Origin: Eledone cirrhosa
Lineage: Eukaryota
Direction of reading: 5' to 3'
Assembly: GCA_964016885.1 (NCBI GenBank)
Contig: OZ024740.1
Location: 73,718,001-73,782,000, forward strand
Length of the DNA: 64,000 bases
The notes under the pieces were generated by a model, which had not been told where the DNA came from, made no database searches, and was given only the letters and a program-made list of their open reading frames with translations. Both the position numbers and the translations under genes were made by a program. Positions 1 through 12,278 of the stretch are shown here, one piece after another (position 1 is the first letter of the stretch; every line of letters begins with the position of its first letter).

Positions 1-171
1 AGAATATAAGAATATAAAAATAAAAGGTTACTATACCAATTTCTTGAGTGGGGCCACCACATCTAATTTCAGCAGTTTGACCAATTTTCATTATCGCCTC
101 AGAATAGGATTGGGCAGCAACTGCAACATCTGTGGAAAAAAAACAAAAGCAGAAAAAAACCCCAGATGAAA

Positions 172-372
172 CTCAACTGACAAGGCCAGCAATTTGAAGG
201 TGAGGGGAAATTTTATTAAATTAACCCCTGTGCAATACTGGTACTTTATTTTATTGACTCCATAAGGATGAAAGGCAAAGCTAACCGTGGCAGGATTTGA
301 ACTCAGAACGTAAAGGGGCGTAACTATGCTGAAAAGCATGGTGTCCGACGCTCTACTGATACTGCCAATCCA
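172..372 (-). mobile_element. tRNA-derived SINE (family 1)
   Basis: Minus strand reads A-box-like TGGCAGTATCAGTAG, B-box GAGTTCAAATCC, then body GCCTTTCATCCTTAYGGRGTCRATAAAATAAAGTACCAG shared with copies at 4408 and 24055. Confidence 0.8.
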
Positions 373-731
373 CCACCATTACATGGTGTTCTAATAATAA
401 CCCCATGTAGGCCCGTTTTAAATTGTTTTAAGAAGTTAGTGAGAAGAGGAAGGAGGATGTCACATATACAGTCCTGTGTACAAAGGGTGTTTAATGTGAA
501 ACCTGGTAAGTGAAACACAGTGACTATTGGGTCTGGGTAGAAAGGGTGTGTAGCTAGTAAGTTCAGAGAGGCAAGGGCCATTGCTGTACCAGTAACAGAG
601 TTAAACATATATACATATACACAAATGAAAGTTATAACTTGGTTGTGTTATTACATAATTACATTTATTTCTGTTATGTAGATTTCTCCAATCTCAGCTT
701 AACTAAGGGTGACATTCTTCTTCAGACAGTA

Positions 732-905
732 TACAGGTAAAATTCTGTTATAACAAATACCATTATAACGAATTTTTCAGTATAACAAAACCTTTTTCAA
801 TCCCTGGCCACACTATCAATGTGTTATAAAGAATTTTTCATTACAAAGAATTGTTTTTTATACCCCGTGAATTTCATTATACATGAAAAAACATTTTTTA
901 ACTGT
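732..905. mobile_element. Degenerate pogo/Tigger-like MITE
   Basis: Starts TA-CAGGTAAAATTCTGTTATAAC, resembling the TACAGTAAAACCTCGTTATAAC end type, with internal GTTATAAC/TTATAACGAA repeats; right end decayed. Confidence 0.4.
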
Positions 906-1029
906 TTAATATTTAATAAGATTGTATTACCAATTAAAATGCAATTTAATGCAACATTTATAAAATTAATTATTTTGTCGGATTAAAGAAAAAAATAATC
1001 TTTAAATATACTTCTGTGCATTTGAACAA

Positions 1030-1175
1030 GAGGATTGGATAATATCCATGAGCTTGGCTGGTCTTGCTTGGGGATCCAGCTGGATCAGTTTGCAACAGAT
1101 GCTTCTGACAGGACCCACTGGAATAAGTGGGTGAAGAAGACTTTTAAAATCTTCCCACCGAAGTTAACAAAGAAC
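1030..1175 (+). mobile_element. Rex3/Expander-like RTE LINE, ORF C-terminal fragment
   Basis: Translates DNIHELGWSCLGIQ..ASDRTHW..FPP; continues the sequence of the 56605 fragment, which ends ...KWLDN. Confidence 0.5.
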
Positions 1176-1307
1176 TTACTAGATCTACCAAATCATAATA
1201 TTATCAAATTAAATCAAATTGTTTAGAACTACAAGTGAAGTCATTCTTTTCCTTTTTTTAAATATACCTAACTTTACCAACGATTTCACACATTTTCCAA
1301 TATATAT

Positions 1308-1776
1308 ATCATCATCATCATCAACGTTTAACGTCCGTGTTCCACGCTTGCATGGGTTTGGACGGGGGTATTCCCACTTGAGGCAAGAGTGATTGTCTTG
1401 CTCGCATAGGACTGTCTGGCAGGTTTTCTACAGTTGGATGCCCTTCCTAACACCAACCACATTTACAGTGTGGGTCTGGGAGGTTTTTACCGTGTTGCCT
1501 ACACGGCCACATTACAGCGTGGACTGTGTGTTTTTTTGTCGTGACACCTACACGATCTCATTTGTTTCGGCCTGGATGGTGTGGCACCAACATAACTTTA
1601 CATAGAAGGGGGCGGTGTGGATGGGGGGGGGGGGTGTATTTTGTTAGAGATGCCTACTGACTGTAGTAGGTTTTACTTTGTATTTAGGTAAGGCGGGTCT
1701 TCTCTATTACTGAGTACCGCCAAAGGTCTCGGTCCAGTGACATTGTCTTGGTGAGGTGTAAGTGTGTGAGGTCGGA

Positions 1777-1778
<2 letters not shown>
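1308..1778 (-). mobile_element. RTE LINE subfamily A, 3' end (5'-truncated)
   Basis: Encodes SDLTHLHLTKTMSLDRDLWRYSVIEKTRLT*, then a 3' UTR and (GAT)n tail nearly identical to 11780-12267; 5' end abuts (TA)n at 1778-1840. Confidence 0.95.
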
Positions 1779-1843
<65 letters not shown>

Positions 1844-2092
1844 GAAAGGTATAGAAAGTATTGTAGCAAGAAGCCAACAGTATTCCATAATATATAAGTG
1901 ACTATAGCGTCAAAATGTGAAAATAGTTAACGTAAGATGTGGGAAAAATAATTCAAACTCAATTCAAAAAGAATCAGGATATAGATTTATCCAACAGAAG
2001 TTAGTGAAATCCAGGGAAAAATCAATAGATATATAATATATATATATATTATATAGTGTTGTAGTTTGCTTGAAGCATTGTGGGATATGAAA

Positions 2093-2373
2093 AGTGGTTA
2101 TATCTTTGAAGTTGCTACACTACAAGTGGGGGTGTAAATACTTAGGCAAAAAAATTAGGTAAGGAATTAGAGAGGCAAAGTTGAGCAGTGAAGAGGAAGA
2201 AAAACAACATGATGTTACCTTGTAAATATTTATTAGTCTAATAAATATTTACAAGGTAAATATTTATTCTTCTTCACCACTCAACCTCATCTCTCTAATT
2301 CCTCACCCAATTTTGTTGCATTAATATTTACACCTCCACATGTATTGTAACAACTTTAAAGATATAACCCACT
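2093..2373. repeat. Long imperfect inverted repeat with perfect central palindrome
   Basis: Arm GTGGTTATATCTTTGAAGTTG..GAAGAA matches the reverse complement of ~2265-2373; centre is TTACCTTGTAAATATTTATTAG-T-CTAATAAATATTTACAAGGTAA. Confidence 0.85.
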
Positions 2374-4407
2374 CTTCTCTCTTTCTCTCTCTCTCTCTCT
2401 CCCTCTCTCTCCCTCGAGAGAGAGAGGTGATGTTAAGGTTAGGGTTATATATATACCATTTATGTTATGTTGTTTCCCAACAGGTAAAACTGGTGATTTT
2501 GGTTAGTAAACAATAATGCAATAAATTAAAGCACTTGCTGTTATGTAAATCATTGATTGTAGATGTGGTATCCCTTGGCTGGTGTAGGAATAGGGCTAAA
2601 TATTCATTAAAAACAACAGACTGGAAACATTCTTTCAAATTTTAATTCCGTAAAAACACTATACATATTTCAATGACCCAATTTCATCATCCGATCATGA
2701 TGCATGACTTAGGCGATTTCATCAGGTGTTGATTGCAGAATTAGTTATATAAGATAACAGAATTACAACAAATACAAACAAAGAATAGTGGATAGATTTG
2801 GTTCAGTGACAGCTTGCCAAACAAAGTGTTGGAAGTACCCTTCAGTTGTGTCAAATACATGACAACCTCCCCAAATATTGGTGATTTACACAATAAATGC
2901 ACCCAGTACAAACTGTAAAGAGGTTGGTGATAGGAAGGGCATCGAGCCATAGACATCTTGCCAGACAAAGGGTTGGGAGGTCCCTTAGTTGTGAAAAAGA
3001 CATGACAACCTCTCCTGTGCACTTGGTGGAATGTGAGACCGTAATAAACGAGATGCAGATCCCTGGCCTTCCTGGGAGATCAGTGGCTCCGCTTCAGTAC
3101 TGACTTGGTCTATGTAGACCCATCCAACGACGATGATGCTGATGATGATATATATATATACACACATGATACACATTCAGCCTTCTTGAGAGTAAAACTT
3201 TTCCAATCATTTGAAAAGTCATTTGCAGGACTGAAAGTATTTGGGGGTTTTAATGTGGAATCCAAATGTGTGTGTGAGTATATGGTGAGAGGGTCCCTAT
3301 GTATCAATCCAACCATAATTTTATATATGAATATTATGTTCCAAACAAAGCAATGGATTTGTTCCAGATCTTTGCATGCCAAATTCAAATCCCACCAAGG
3401 TCAACTTTGCCTTTCATCATTTTGAGGTTGATAAAATGTTCTAGTTTACTACTGTGGTCAATTCTACATCTATATCTTTTTCTCAATTCCTGTCTATCAT
3501 ACACTTTCACTCATTTTCTTGAAGAAATTGGCTGTGTTCAGAGCAGGAGAAGGGATGGGTTCTGTCAGGTTTAACATGCCCCAAAAAACGTTGTATATCA
3601 CTACAGTGCTCCTGTGACTATCAGGAGTTTCAGGTCCACATATATACCTATGTTCTGAACACTGGCTTAATAATCAAAAGTAGCTATTTTACACTAAATC
3701 TCTAAACAATTGATTATTCACAAAAATGAATTCAAAGAGATTGCCTTAATATATATCTATTAATCAATGTTAAGTACAAATACATATCGAGCAGTATCTA
3801 ATAAAAACAAAACACACTATTAAAGGGAACAGAAAAGGGAGAAAAAGAAAGAAAATGAAAAAGAGAAAATGAAAAGGAAAGAAAGACCAAGCAACAAAAG
3901 AAAAGGAGAGGAACAGTCACTACACCCCAATCTGAGTGGTGCCTCAGTTATGCCCAACAGACAAAATGGCAAAAGCGTTACCACAGAGAATGGCCAGAGA
4001 CATCTGCTGTAACAGCCACCCACGTTATGGAGCTTCCTCCTCAAGTGGGTCACCGTCTTTGCAACTTTACAGAGAAAATCAAGAGATAGTTAACATATTG
4101 TATTAGAATTAAGGTAAGAAAAGAGTTAACAGTAAATATTTAGTTACATCCCTTGGTAACTTTACAGTGCCTGGTGACTTTAGTAACCTTGTCACTTTGA
4201 CAGTATCTCAAACAGAAATTGTTTTAATCACTGTCACAGCTAAAATCTGTGTGATGAATTCAATATTGCCATTAAGTGTCCATTTGCATGACTTTCTTAT
4301 CACAAGAAGGAGGTAAGAAAGAAATCAATGTTTCAGTTGTGGGTTGGTGGGTAAGCAAGCAAGCTATTAAAACCAGATAATATGCATCCGAGTTCTGATA
4401 TGACTTC

Positions 4408-4586
4408 ATTGGCAGCATCGGTAGAGAGTCGGACACCATGCTTTCCAGCATAGTTACGTCCCTTTACAGTCTGAGTTCAAATCCCGCCGAGGTTTACTTT
4501 GCCTTTCATCCTTACGGGGTCGATAAAATAAAGTACCAGTAATACACTGGATAATTGCTGGCCTTGTGCCTAAAGTAGAAACAATT
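4408..4586 (+). mobile_element. tRNA-derived SINE (family 1)
   Basis: TGGCAGCATCGG A-box, GAGTTCAAATCC B-box, conserved body, 3' end GCTGGCCTTGTGCCTAAAGTAGAAACAATT. Partial or decayed copies lie near 6490, 24055, 26880, 27020, 36000 and 37485. Confidence 0.85.
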
Positions 4587-4964
4587 AATTAATTGAAATT
4601 TTGTTAGAAATACAGCCATGAAAGAATTAAGGATTTTGTGGTATTTCATCATCATCCAATGTCCGTTTTCCCTTCTAGCAAAGGTTGGATGGGTCAGTAC
4701 TCAAGTGGGGCTACTGACACTTCAGATGGGCTGGAGGCCAGCATCTTGCTTATGTACAATCTCATGCTCAACCAAGTACTGACACCAACACTAGGGAAGT
4801 TTTCATGTCTTTAACACAACTGGAGGGTCCATCCAACCCTTCGTTTGGCAAACTTTTTATGGCTTGTGGATTGCAGTTTGCCCATGACTGACCTTGAAAA
4901 TGGAAAACACAATCCTAGTTACACTGACTGAATAAAATAGAGGATGACACAGGTTAAAAAATAA

Positions 4965-5700
4965 TAGTCATTTATTTATTCAACTTAAATGTCTGTATAG
5001 AGCTAGTAAGTCATGACAGACTTGGGGAAGTATCGAATATTCCTTATAGTTGGTAATCAAAAAGAGCTAGTGAGAAAAGTAATAAAAAAAAAAAGGAAAG
5101 AAAAGAAAAAATATCTAAATTAAAAAAAGAGAAAACGGGAAGAAAAATAAAATAACAAAAATAACATTTCAAATATTGAAGGCCAATGGGAGGCAGATTA
5201 TGCCAAAGAAAACAAAAAGGAAAAGAGAAAACAAGGGAAGCTGTAAAACATCTAGAAGTTTCTCTTGTTGAAACTTTTTGTAGCTTCCATGTTCTCAAAG
5301 ATTTTGTTTATATTTGGTAGACCTGTAATCATATATTGAACTTCCAATCTGATTGTTTTCAGCATGGCCTCTCTCTGACTGATAGTTTCTACATTGGAAC
5401 AAATAGTGCCAAAGAGTTTCTGAAGAGTCACCACAAAAACATAGAGGTGAATCTCTATGACCTGTTCTTCATAGAATGTAGTTCAAAGGTATATGACCAA
5501 CATTCTCACGTAGGAACACATATTTACCTTGGGCTGGTAGTTCCAAAACTATGCTATCCAGTCGGCCATTACTCATAAAAAAATTAGTGCAGGAAAAAAA
5601 AAAAAGTACAATCCCACAAAATTTTGGGCCAAGTTTACCTGAATAGATTGACTCAGTATTTTGCTGACAGAGGGCCCCCATCACTGGGTGGGTTGGAGAC
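4965..5700 (-). mobile_element. Non-LTR retrotransposon 3' end with C-terminal zinc knuckle (I-group-like; clade uncertain)
   Basis: Minus frame reads VGHIPLNYIL*RTGHRDSPLCFCGDSSETLWHYLFQCRNYQSER (CxC..H..C knuckle typical of LINE ORF2 ends), then a T-rich UTR ending in AATAAATAAAT. Confidence 0.7.
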
Positions 5701-5851
5701 ACTAGATGGCACCATTCCTCACTACTTTTCAATAGTACACCCTAAGATTTAGAAAAATGTGATTATTCTGAAACTTTACCTTAGAATTATTTCAAATTAG
5801 AGTGGCCATCCAGAATATATGGAAGCCCTTCATGAGCATGAAAGCTATGTA

Positions 5852-6472
5852 CTCTCAGGTCCCAAATAATAGGTGCAGGATGGAATAAGCAGGGGGAGTT
5901 GGAACAAGCAAGGGGGTTGGAAAATCAGTAATTTTTCGAGGTTGTCTCCATTGATATTTTAAAAAACCAGAATTAGTCGTTTAGTGTAGATATTGAGACC
6001 CCAATCCATCCTATTTATTTTATAACGTTTGAGATTTCTAGTAATGTACTTTTTTTGTCATCTATGTTTTTAATGTATAAAGAAAATTGGTGTAGGAATG
6101 CTACCACTTAACCCTTTAGCATTTAAACCAGCCATATCCGGACAGAATTCTCTCACCTCTTTCTGTTCAAACCAGTTGTAAATGGCCACTCATACTGATG
6201 TTAAGGTATTGTTCTCAAAATAAATAATATCAAAATCTCATAGATTTGATCGTATGTAAGATAATTATGTAAGATAAAGCCTTTACCACAAAAATACAAT
6301 AGTAAATATAGAGTAATGTAAATGCTAAAGGGTTAAAATAAAATGTTGCCAGAGATAGATTAGTAAAATTCAATAAGCAGAGGGTGGAGGTATGAACGTG
6401 GGGGAGGGGTTGAAAGATTTTGAACAATTAATAAGCGGGGAGGAGGGGACGATTAATCGAAACCCCTGAGAG
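5852..6472 (+). mobile_element. TA-flanked MITE (Tc1/mariner-type ends) interrupted by a piggyBac-type MITE
   Basis: TA|CTCTCAGG...CCTGAGAG|TA terminal inverted repeats; homologous copies near 24880, 34047, 47103 and 50303. Confidence 0.85.
6112..6332 (+). mobile_element. piggyBac-type MITE
   Basis: TTAA|CCCTTTAGCATTT...AAATGCTAAAGGG|TTAA; the empty host copy at ~50550 shows a single CCACTTAAAATAAAAT site. Confidence 0.92.
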
Positions 6473-7126
6473 TATGTGACAAGTTTGTGGTGAAGGTTAT
6501 TTTATCGACTGTGGAAGGATGAAAGACAAAGGATTTGCACTCAGAATGTGAAGGGGTACAACAACTTCAAGATATTTCCTGCCTGTCACATGTTACTACT
6601 TCTGACAATCTATCAGCTGCCTTTCCCCCAAAACTACCAAACATAAAAGAAACAAACATTTATTTGTTTAAAACAAAAAAGACTAAATTGATAGAACAGA
6701 GCAAACTAGACATTTTGTGGTCTTGGAATGTCTAGATTTAAGCTACTGTATCATGAACAAGTGAGAAGGGAGGAGTTACTGGGTGGATAATGGGGGTGGT
6801 GAGAGTAGGAATTGGGTGTGGTGGGAGGGAAGAGAGGCAGTGGTGGGAGTAGAGAGTGGGAGAGGATTGGGGAGTGTCAGTGGTTGGGGGAAGGGTGGGG
6901 AGGGTAAGTAGTGATTGGCAGAGGGAGTGGAGAGTAAGAGTGGAAGTGGAGAGTGGGTGTGGAGAGTAAGAGTGGGAATAGTGTTTTGGAGTGGAGAGTG
7001 GGAGAAGTGAGAGAGAGAGTGAAGAGAGGGAGCAGTGATTGGGAGTAGTAGGAGTGATGGAAGTGGGAGTGGAGAGTGAGGGTGAATGCGGTGGCCTAGG
7101 GAGTTAGTTGAGGGATGAATTGAGAA

Positions 7127-8327
7127 TGGACACCTTCCGATACCTGGGTGACAAAATCAGCAGTGGGGGAGGGTGCTCTGAAAAGAGTAGGAAGAAACTC
7201 CATTTTATGTCCTAAATGTAAAGTATGGGTGCATAAAAGATGTAGTGGGATCACAGGTAAGCTAACTAAGAACATAGATTTTATATGTGGCCGGTGCTCT
7301 GGTGCAATAAGTAGCAGCAAGTGTCCACAGAATACTAGCTCTTTCAACTGCGCAGAGGGTTCTATAGAAATAGTGGACAGCTTCCGTTACCTAGGTGACA
7401 AAATCAGCAGTGGGGGAGGGTGCTCTGAAAGTACAGTAGCTAGAGTCAGAACTGATAAGTTCAGAGAGCTTATACCACTATTAGCCGCTAAAGGGTTCTC
7501 CCTAAAAATGAAAGGCAGGTTGTATGATGCCTGCATACGAACAGCAATGTTGCATGGCAGTGAGACCTGGGCATTGTGTGCAGAGGATATACGCAGACTA
7601 GAGAGGAACGAAGCTTGCATGCTCCGCTGGCTGTGTAATAGTAATATACGTGAACGGCAAAGCATAAACAAACTAAGGGAGAAATTAGGAATAAGAGGGA
7701 TCAGATGTTTACTCGAGAGAAGACTACGTTGGTACGGTCACGTGATGCGCATGAAAGATGACAGCTGTATAAAAAGGTGCAGGGCGATAAAAATAGACGG
7801 TAGCCACGGAGTAGGCAGACCCAGAAAAACCTGGGACGACTTGATAAATTCCGACCTCACACACTTACACCTCTCCAAGACAATGTCACTGGACCGAGAT
7901 CTTTGGTGCTACACAGTAATACAGAAGACCCGCCTTGCCTAAGTACAAAGCGAAACCTACAGTCAGTAGACACCTCTAACAAAAATACACCCCTGTCCCA
8001 CTACCCCCACCCCATCCACACCATCCCCTTCAATGTGAAGTTATGTTGGTACCACAACATCCAGTCCGAAACAAATGAGGTCGTGTAGGTGTCACAACAA
8101 AAAAAACACACAGTCCACGCTGTAATGTGGCCATGTAGGTAACACGGTAAAAACCTCCCAGTCCACACTGTAAACGTGGTTGGTGTTAGGAAGGGCATTC
8201 AGCCGTAGAAAACCTGCCAGACAGTCCTATGCGAGCAAGACAACCACTTTTGCCTCAAGTGGGAAAACTCCCGTCCAAACCCATGCAAGCGTGGAAGATG
8301 GACGTTAAACGATGATGATGATGATGA
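7127..8327 (+). mobile_element. RTE LINE (subfamily A'), 5'-truncated
   Basis: ORF 7148-7942 has part of the PHD finger, FRYLG, LHGSETW, RRLRWYGHV and GRPRKTW motifs, followed by a 3' UTR and (GAT)n tail. Confidence 0.95.
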
Positions 8328-9084
8328 GAAGAGTATGAGAAGTGGGAGTACAACAAGTTGATGGCCGACAAGGGAGTGAAATGAGAAGAGAGAGGGAAAT
8401 GAGAGGTGGAGGTTGAATAAGTGAAATGAAGGAAAAGAGGAGGTAATAAATAGAAAGTAAGATGGGAAAGAAATGATGAAGTTGTAAGGAAATGGAAAAT
8501 GAAGCTAAAATTGAGTCAGATAGAGAAAAGGGAAAAGTGAAAGAAAAAGTAAAGGAGGTAGAGGGCAGTGTGAATGAGGGTTTGTGAGAGGAGGGGTAAG
8601 AAAGAGGGTTTGTGAGAGGAACAGTGAGAAAGAGAGGAGAGAAAAGGAGAATCACAGCCAGACAAGACATTAACAGAGAGATAAAAATGAAGAGAAGAAT
8701 AAGCAAAGAAAAAATTGATTACTGACTTGTTAGGGCTTTGTAATAACTTCTAGCACACAGACTGAGTTCCTTCAAATTTGGTACAAAATTATCATTTAGG
8801 TTCTGTAAGAGATAGAAAAACAATAATACAATATAATATAATATATGTATGTATATATATGTGTGTATATAGATATTCCGTACGAGTGAGACACGGTCTT
8901 CAAACCATTCCCGCATCAAATGGAACAAAACCATCTAACCCATGCTAGCGTGGAAGATGGACGTTAAACGAGGATGATGATATATATATATATATACAAA
9001 ATATATGTAAGTCCCAGGTTCAATCGGTGGTAACCACAGTAAGATACTCAATACATTAGTAGAGTGTAAACATCAAATTTCATT

Positions 9085-10040
9085 CAAAAGACAGCATCAA
9101 GCACAACAAGATAAGAATGTTTACATATGATTCCAAGCTCATGAAGATCAATAAGAGAGTTGGAGACTGGACATGCCTTCCATCGGATATGCTTGCTGTT
9201 ATCCAATGGGTAACAAAAAACAATATGCTACTAAATGAGGATAAATTTGAATTAATCCCTTTTGGAAAAGAGGATGTATTGAAGTTACAATATTCTCTTC
9301 CCTCCTGGCATCAAGCAAAACCAGAGACCTTGGAGTAATTGTTAACAACTTAAGCTAAACACATAAACACCAAAGTTGACTTGACCCACAGGATGTGTTC
9401 CTGAGTTCTCAGAACTTTCCGGTCTAGAGAAATTCACACCATTCTCCTACTCTACTCTACCTTTGCCCGGCCCCATCTTGAATACTGTTTGTTGTCCACT
9501 GTGGTCTCCTCATATGAAAGAAAGTATTATGAAAACTGAAGCATCCCAGAGGTCAATTACAAAAAGATAGATATTATGACAAGATTTGATTATTGGGGTT
9601 GACTTGAAGAACTCAAACACTACTTTTCCTGCCACCGTATAATGTGGAAAATATTCCATCAATATTGCCCAAGTAAAGTTGGTATTACCTTAAAAGTTCA
9701 CCCAAAGATTGATCCCATGCTACCCAGCCGCTACAAAAATTGAACTCATATCAACAATACGACACAACTACTTTATCTCAACTGGGCCTGCTCTCTTTAA
9801 TATACCAAAACATCGAGACAGAAACAAATTGCATAATATTCAAAAGTTTCCTGGACAAATTTCTTCAAGAAATTCCAGATAAACCACCTACACCTAGATA
9901 TATTTCTGAAAACAAAAATTCTTTACTAAAGTGGGCTATGGAGTCCAAAACATGACTAGGTTGTGAACCCATAATCTGAAAGACTTCACTAGGTGGTGCT
10001 ATTAAGTTAGACATGGCTTGGGTCAACACTGGCTAAAATC
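9085..10040 (+). mobile_element. Degenerate CR1-clade LINE 3' portion
   Basis: RMFTYDSKL (decayed FADD), WVTKNNMLLNEDKF, RDLGV, RPHLEYC, LDKFLQEIPDKP, with stops and frameshifts. Confidence 0.8.
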
Positions 10041-10084
10041 TATCGATATATATATATATATGATGATGATGATGATGATGATCG

Positions 10085-10706
10085 ATGGGTGAAGAGGTGC
10101 CATTGGATAGAAGCCACAGTAGAGGTAGACTGAGAGAGACCTAGGCAGGGGTGGTGAAACCTGACCTCAAATCGCTGAGACTCACAGATATGATGATGAA
10201 GAAATGCGACAAGTGGAGAGATGCTGTGCTGAAAAGGCCCTGTCCAACCCATGCAAATGTAGAAAAATGGACATAAAAACAATAATGATGATGATGATGA
10301 TATGAATATATATATTCAGGTGGATGCAACAATTAAGGCGAAGAGACAGGCATGGCAAAAATTGAAAAAATGGGACCACCTAGTTCAACACTGTAAACGT
10401 GGTTATTGTAAACATGGTTGGGGTTAGGGAAGGCAATCAGCAGCCATAAAAACCCAGCCAAAATGTGCTCCTGTATGAGCAAGGTACAGCACGGTCAACT
10501 AGCCAGACTTACCTCATAAGTGGGACCACCCAGTCCCACACTGTAAATGTGGTTGGTATTAGGAAGGGCATCCAACTGTAGAAAACCTGCCACATAGACT
10601 TATCCGAACAAGACACGGTCACCCCAATCAATCTTGCCTCAAGTGGGACAATTCCCGTCTAACCCATGCTAGCGAGGAAGATAGACGTTAAACGATGATG
10701 ATGATA
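10085..10706 (+). mobile_element. Cluster of RTE 3'-end fragments
   Basis: Subfamily C ORF end (DLKSLRLT..W) with (GAT)n tail to ~10302, then two tandem 3' UTR pieces with GTTAGGAAGGGCATCC-like motifs ending GACGTTAAACGATGATGAT. Confidence 0.75.
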
Positions 10707-10752
10707 TCATAGTATGTATATATATCATAGTAGGTAGGTATATATATATATA

Positions 10753-12267
10753 TATACAAGCCATGTATAAAGAAAAAGTCAGCAAGGTTAGAATTAACAA
10801 CGAATATAGTGAAGAGTTTAGCGTAAAAGTTGGCGTACATCAGGGCTCTGTTCTCAGCCCCCTACTATTTATTATTGCCTTTCAGGCTATAACAGAGGAG
10901 TTCAAGACCGGTTGCCCATGGGAACTCCTATACGCAGATGACCTAACACTCATAGCTGAATCAATGGCCGAGCTAGTGAAGAAATTCCAAACATGGAAGC
11001 ACGGGCTAGAATCAAAAGGCCTTAAAATTAACCTGGCTAAGACTAAAGTTCTAGTTTGTAAGAAAGAAAATAAGGCAGAGGTCCCTTCCGGGAAGTGGCC
11101 ATGCTCGGTGTGTAGGAAAGGCGTAGGTAGAAACTCCATTTTGTGTCCCAAATGCAAAGTATGGGTGCATAAAAGATGTAGTGGGATCACAGGTAAGCTA
11201 ACTAAGAACATAGATTTTACATGTGGCCGGTGCTCTGGTGCAATAAGTAGCAGCAAGTGCCCACAGAATACTAGCTCTTTCAACTGCGCAGAGGGTTCTA
11301 TAGAAATAGTGGACAGCTTCCGTTACCTGGGTGACAAAATCAGCAGTGGGGGAGGGTGCTCTGAAAGTACAGTAGCTAGAGTCAGAACTGATAAGTTCAG
11401 AGAGCTTATATCACTATTAGCCGCTAAAGGGTTCTCCCTAAAAATGAAAGGCAGGTTGTATGATGCCTGCATACGAACAGCAATGTTGCATGGCAGTGAG
11501 ACCTGGGCATTGTGTGCAGAGGATATACGCAGACTAGAGAGGAACGAAGCTTGCATGCTCCGCTGGATGTGTAATACGTGAACGGCAAAGCATAAACGAA
11601 CTAAGGAAAAAATTAGAAATAAGAGGGATCAGATGTTGTTTACTCGAGAGAAGGCTACGTTGGTATGGTCACGTGATGCGCATGAAAGACGATAGCTGTA
11701 TAACAAAGTGCAGGGCAATAAAGATAGACGGTAGCCACGGAATAGGCAGACCCAGAAAAACCTGGGACGAGCTGATAAATTCCGACCTCACACACTTACA
11801 CCTCTCCAAGACAATGTCACTGGACCGAGACCTTTGGCGGTACTCAGTAATAGAGAAGACCCGCCTTACCTAAATACAAAGTAAAACCTACTACAGTCAG
11901 GAGGCATCTCTAACAAAATACACCCCCGTCCCACCACCCCCACCTCATCCACACCGCCCCTTTCAATGTAAAGTTATGTTGGTGCCACAACATCCAGGCC
12001 GAAACAAATGAGATCATGTAGGTGTCACAACAAAAAAACACACAGTTCACGCTGTAATGTGGCCGTGTAGGAAACACGGTAAAAACCTCCCAGCCCCACA
12101 CTGTAAATGTGGTTGGTGTTAGGAAGGGCATCCAGCTGTAGAAAACCCGCCAGATAGTCCTATGCGAGCAAGATAATCACTCTTGCCTCAAGTGGGAAAA
12201 CCCCCGTCCAAACCCATGCAAGCGTGGAACACGGACGTTAAACGTTGTTGATGATGATGATGATGAT
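10753..12267 (+). mobile_element. RTE LINE subfamily A, 5'-truncated
   Basis: ORF 10763-11581 has RT motifs GVHQGSVLSPLLF and LLYADD plus the PHD insert; a frameshift leads to the C-terminus at 11673-11873; 3' UTR and (GAT)n tail follow. Confidence 0.96.
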
Positions 12268-12278
12268 ATATATATAAG

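Noticed and set aside
3870-4060. GC-richer island that might be an LTR primer-binding site or exon
   Set aside because: No LTR pair, TG..CA ends or coding motif; possibly the UTR of an unrecognised retroelement.
4408-4490. tRNA genes suggested by A/B boxes
   Set aside because: No complete cloverleaf was seen, and the boxes continue into SINE bodies.
6760-7125. G-rich tract as a telomeric repeat or functional G-quadruplex
   Set aside because: Irregular GA-rich low-complexity DNA continuing at 8328-8710, with no TTAGGG array and no evidence of function.
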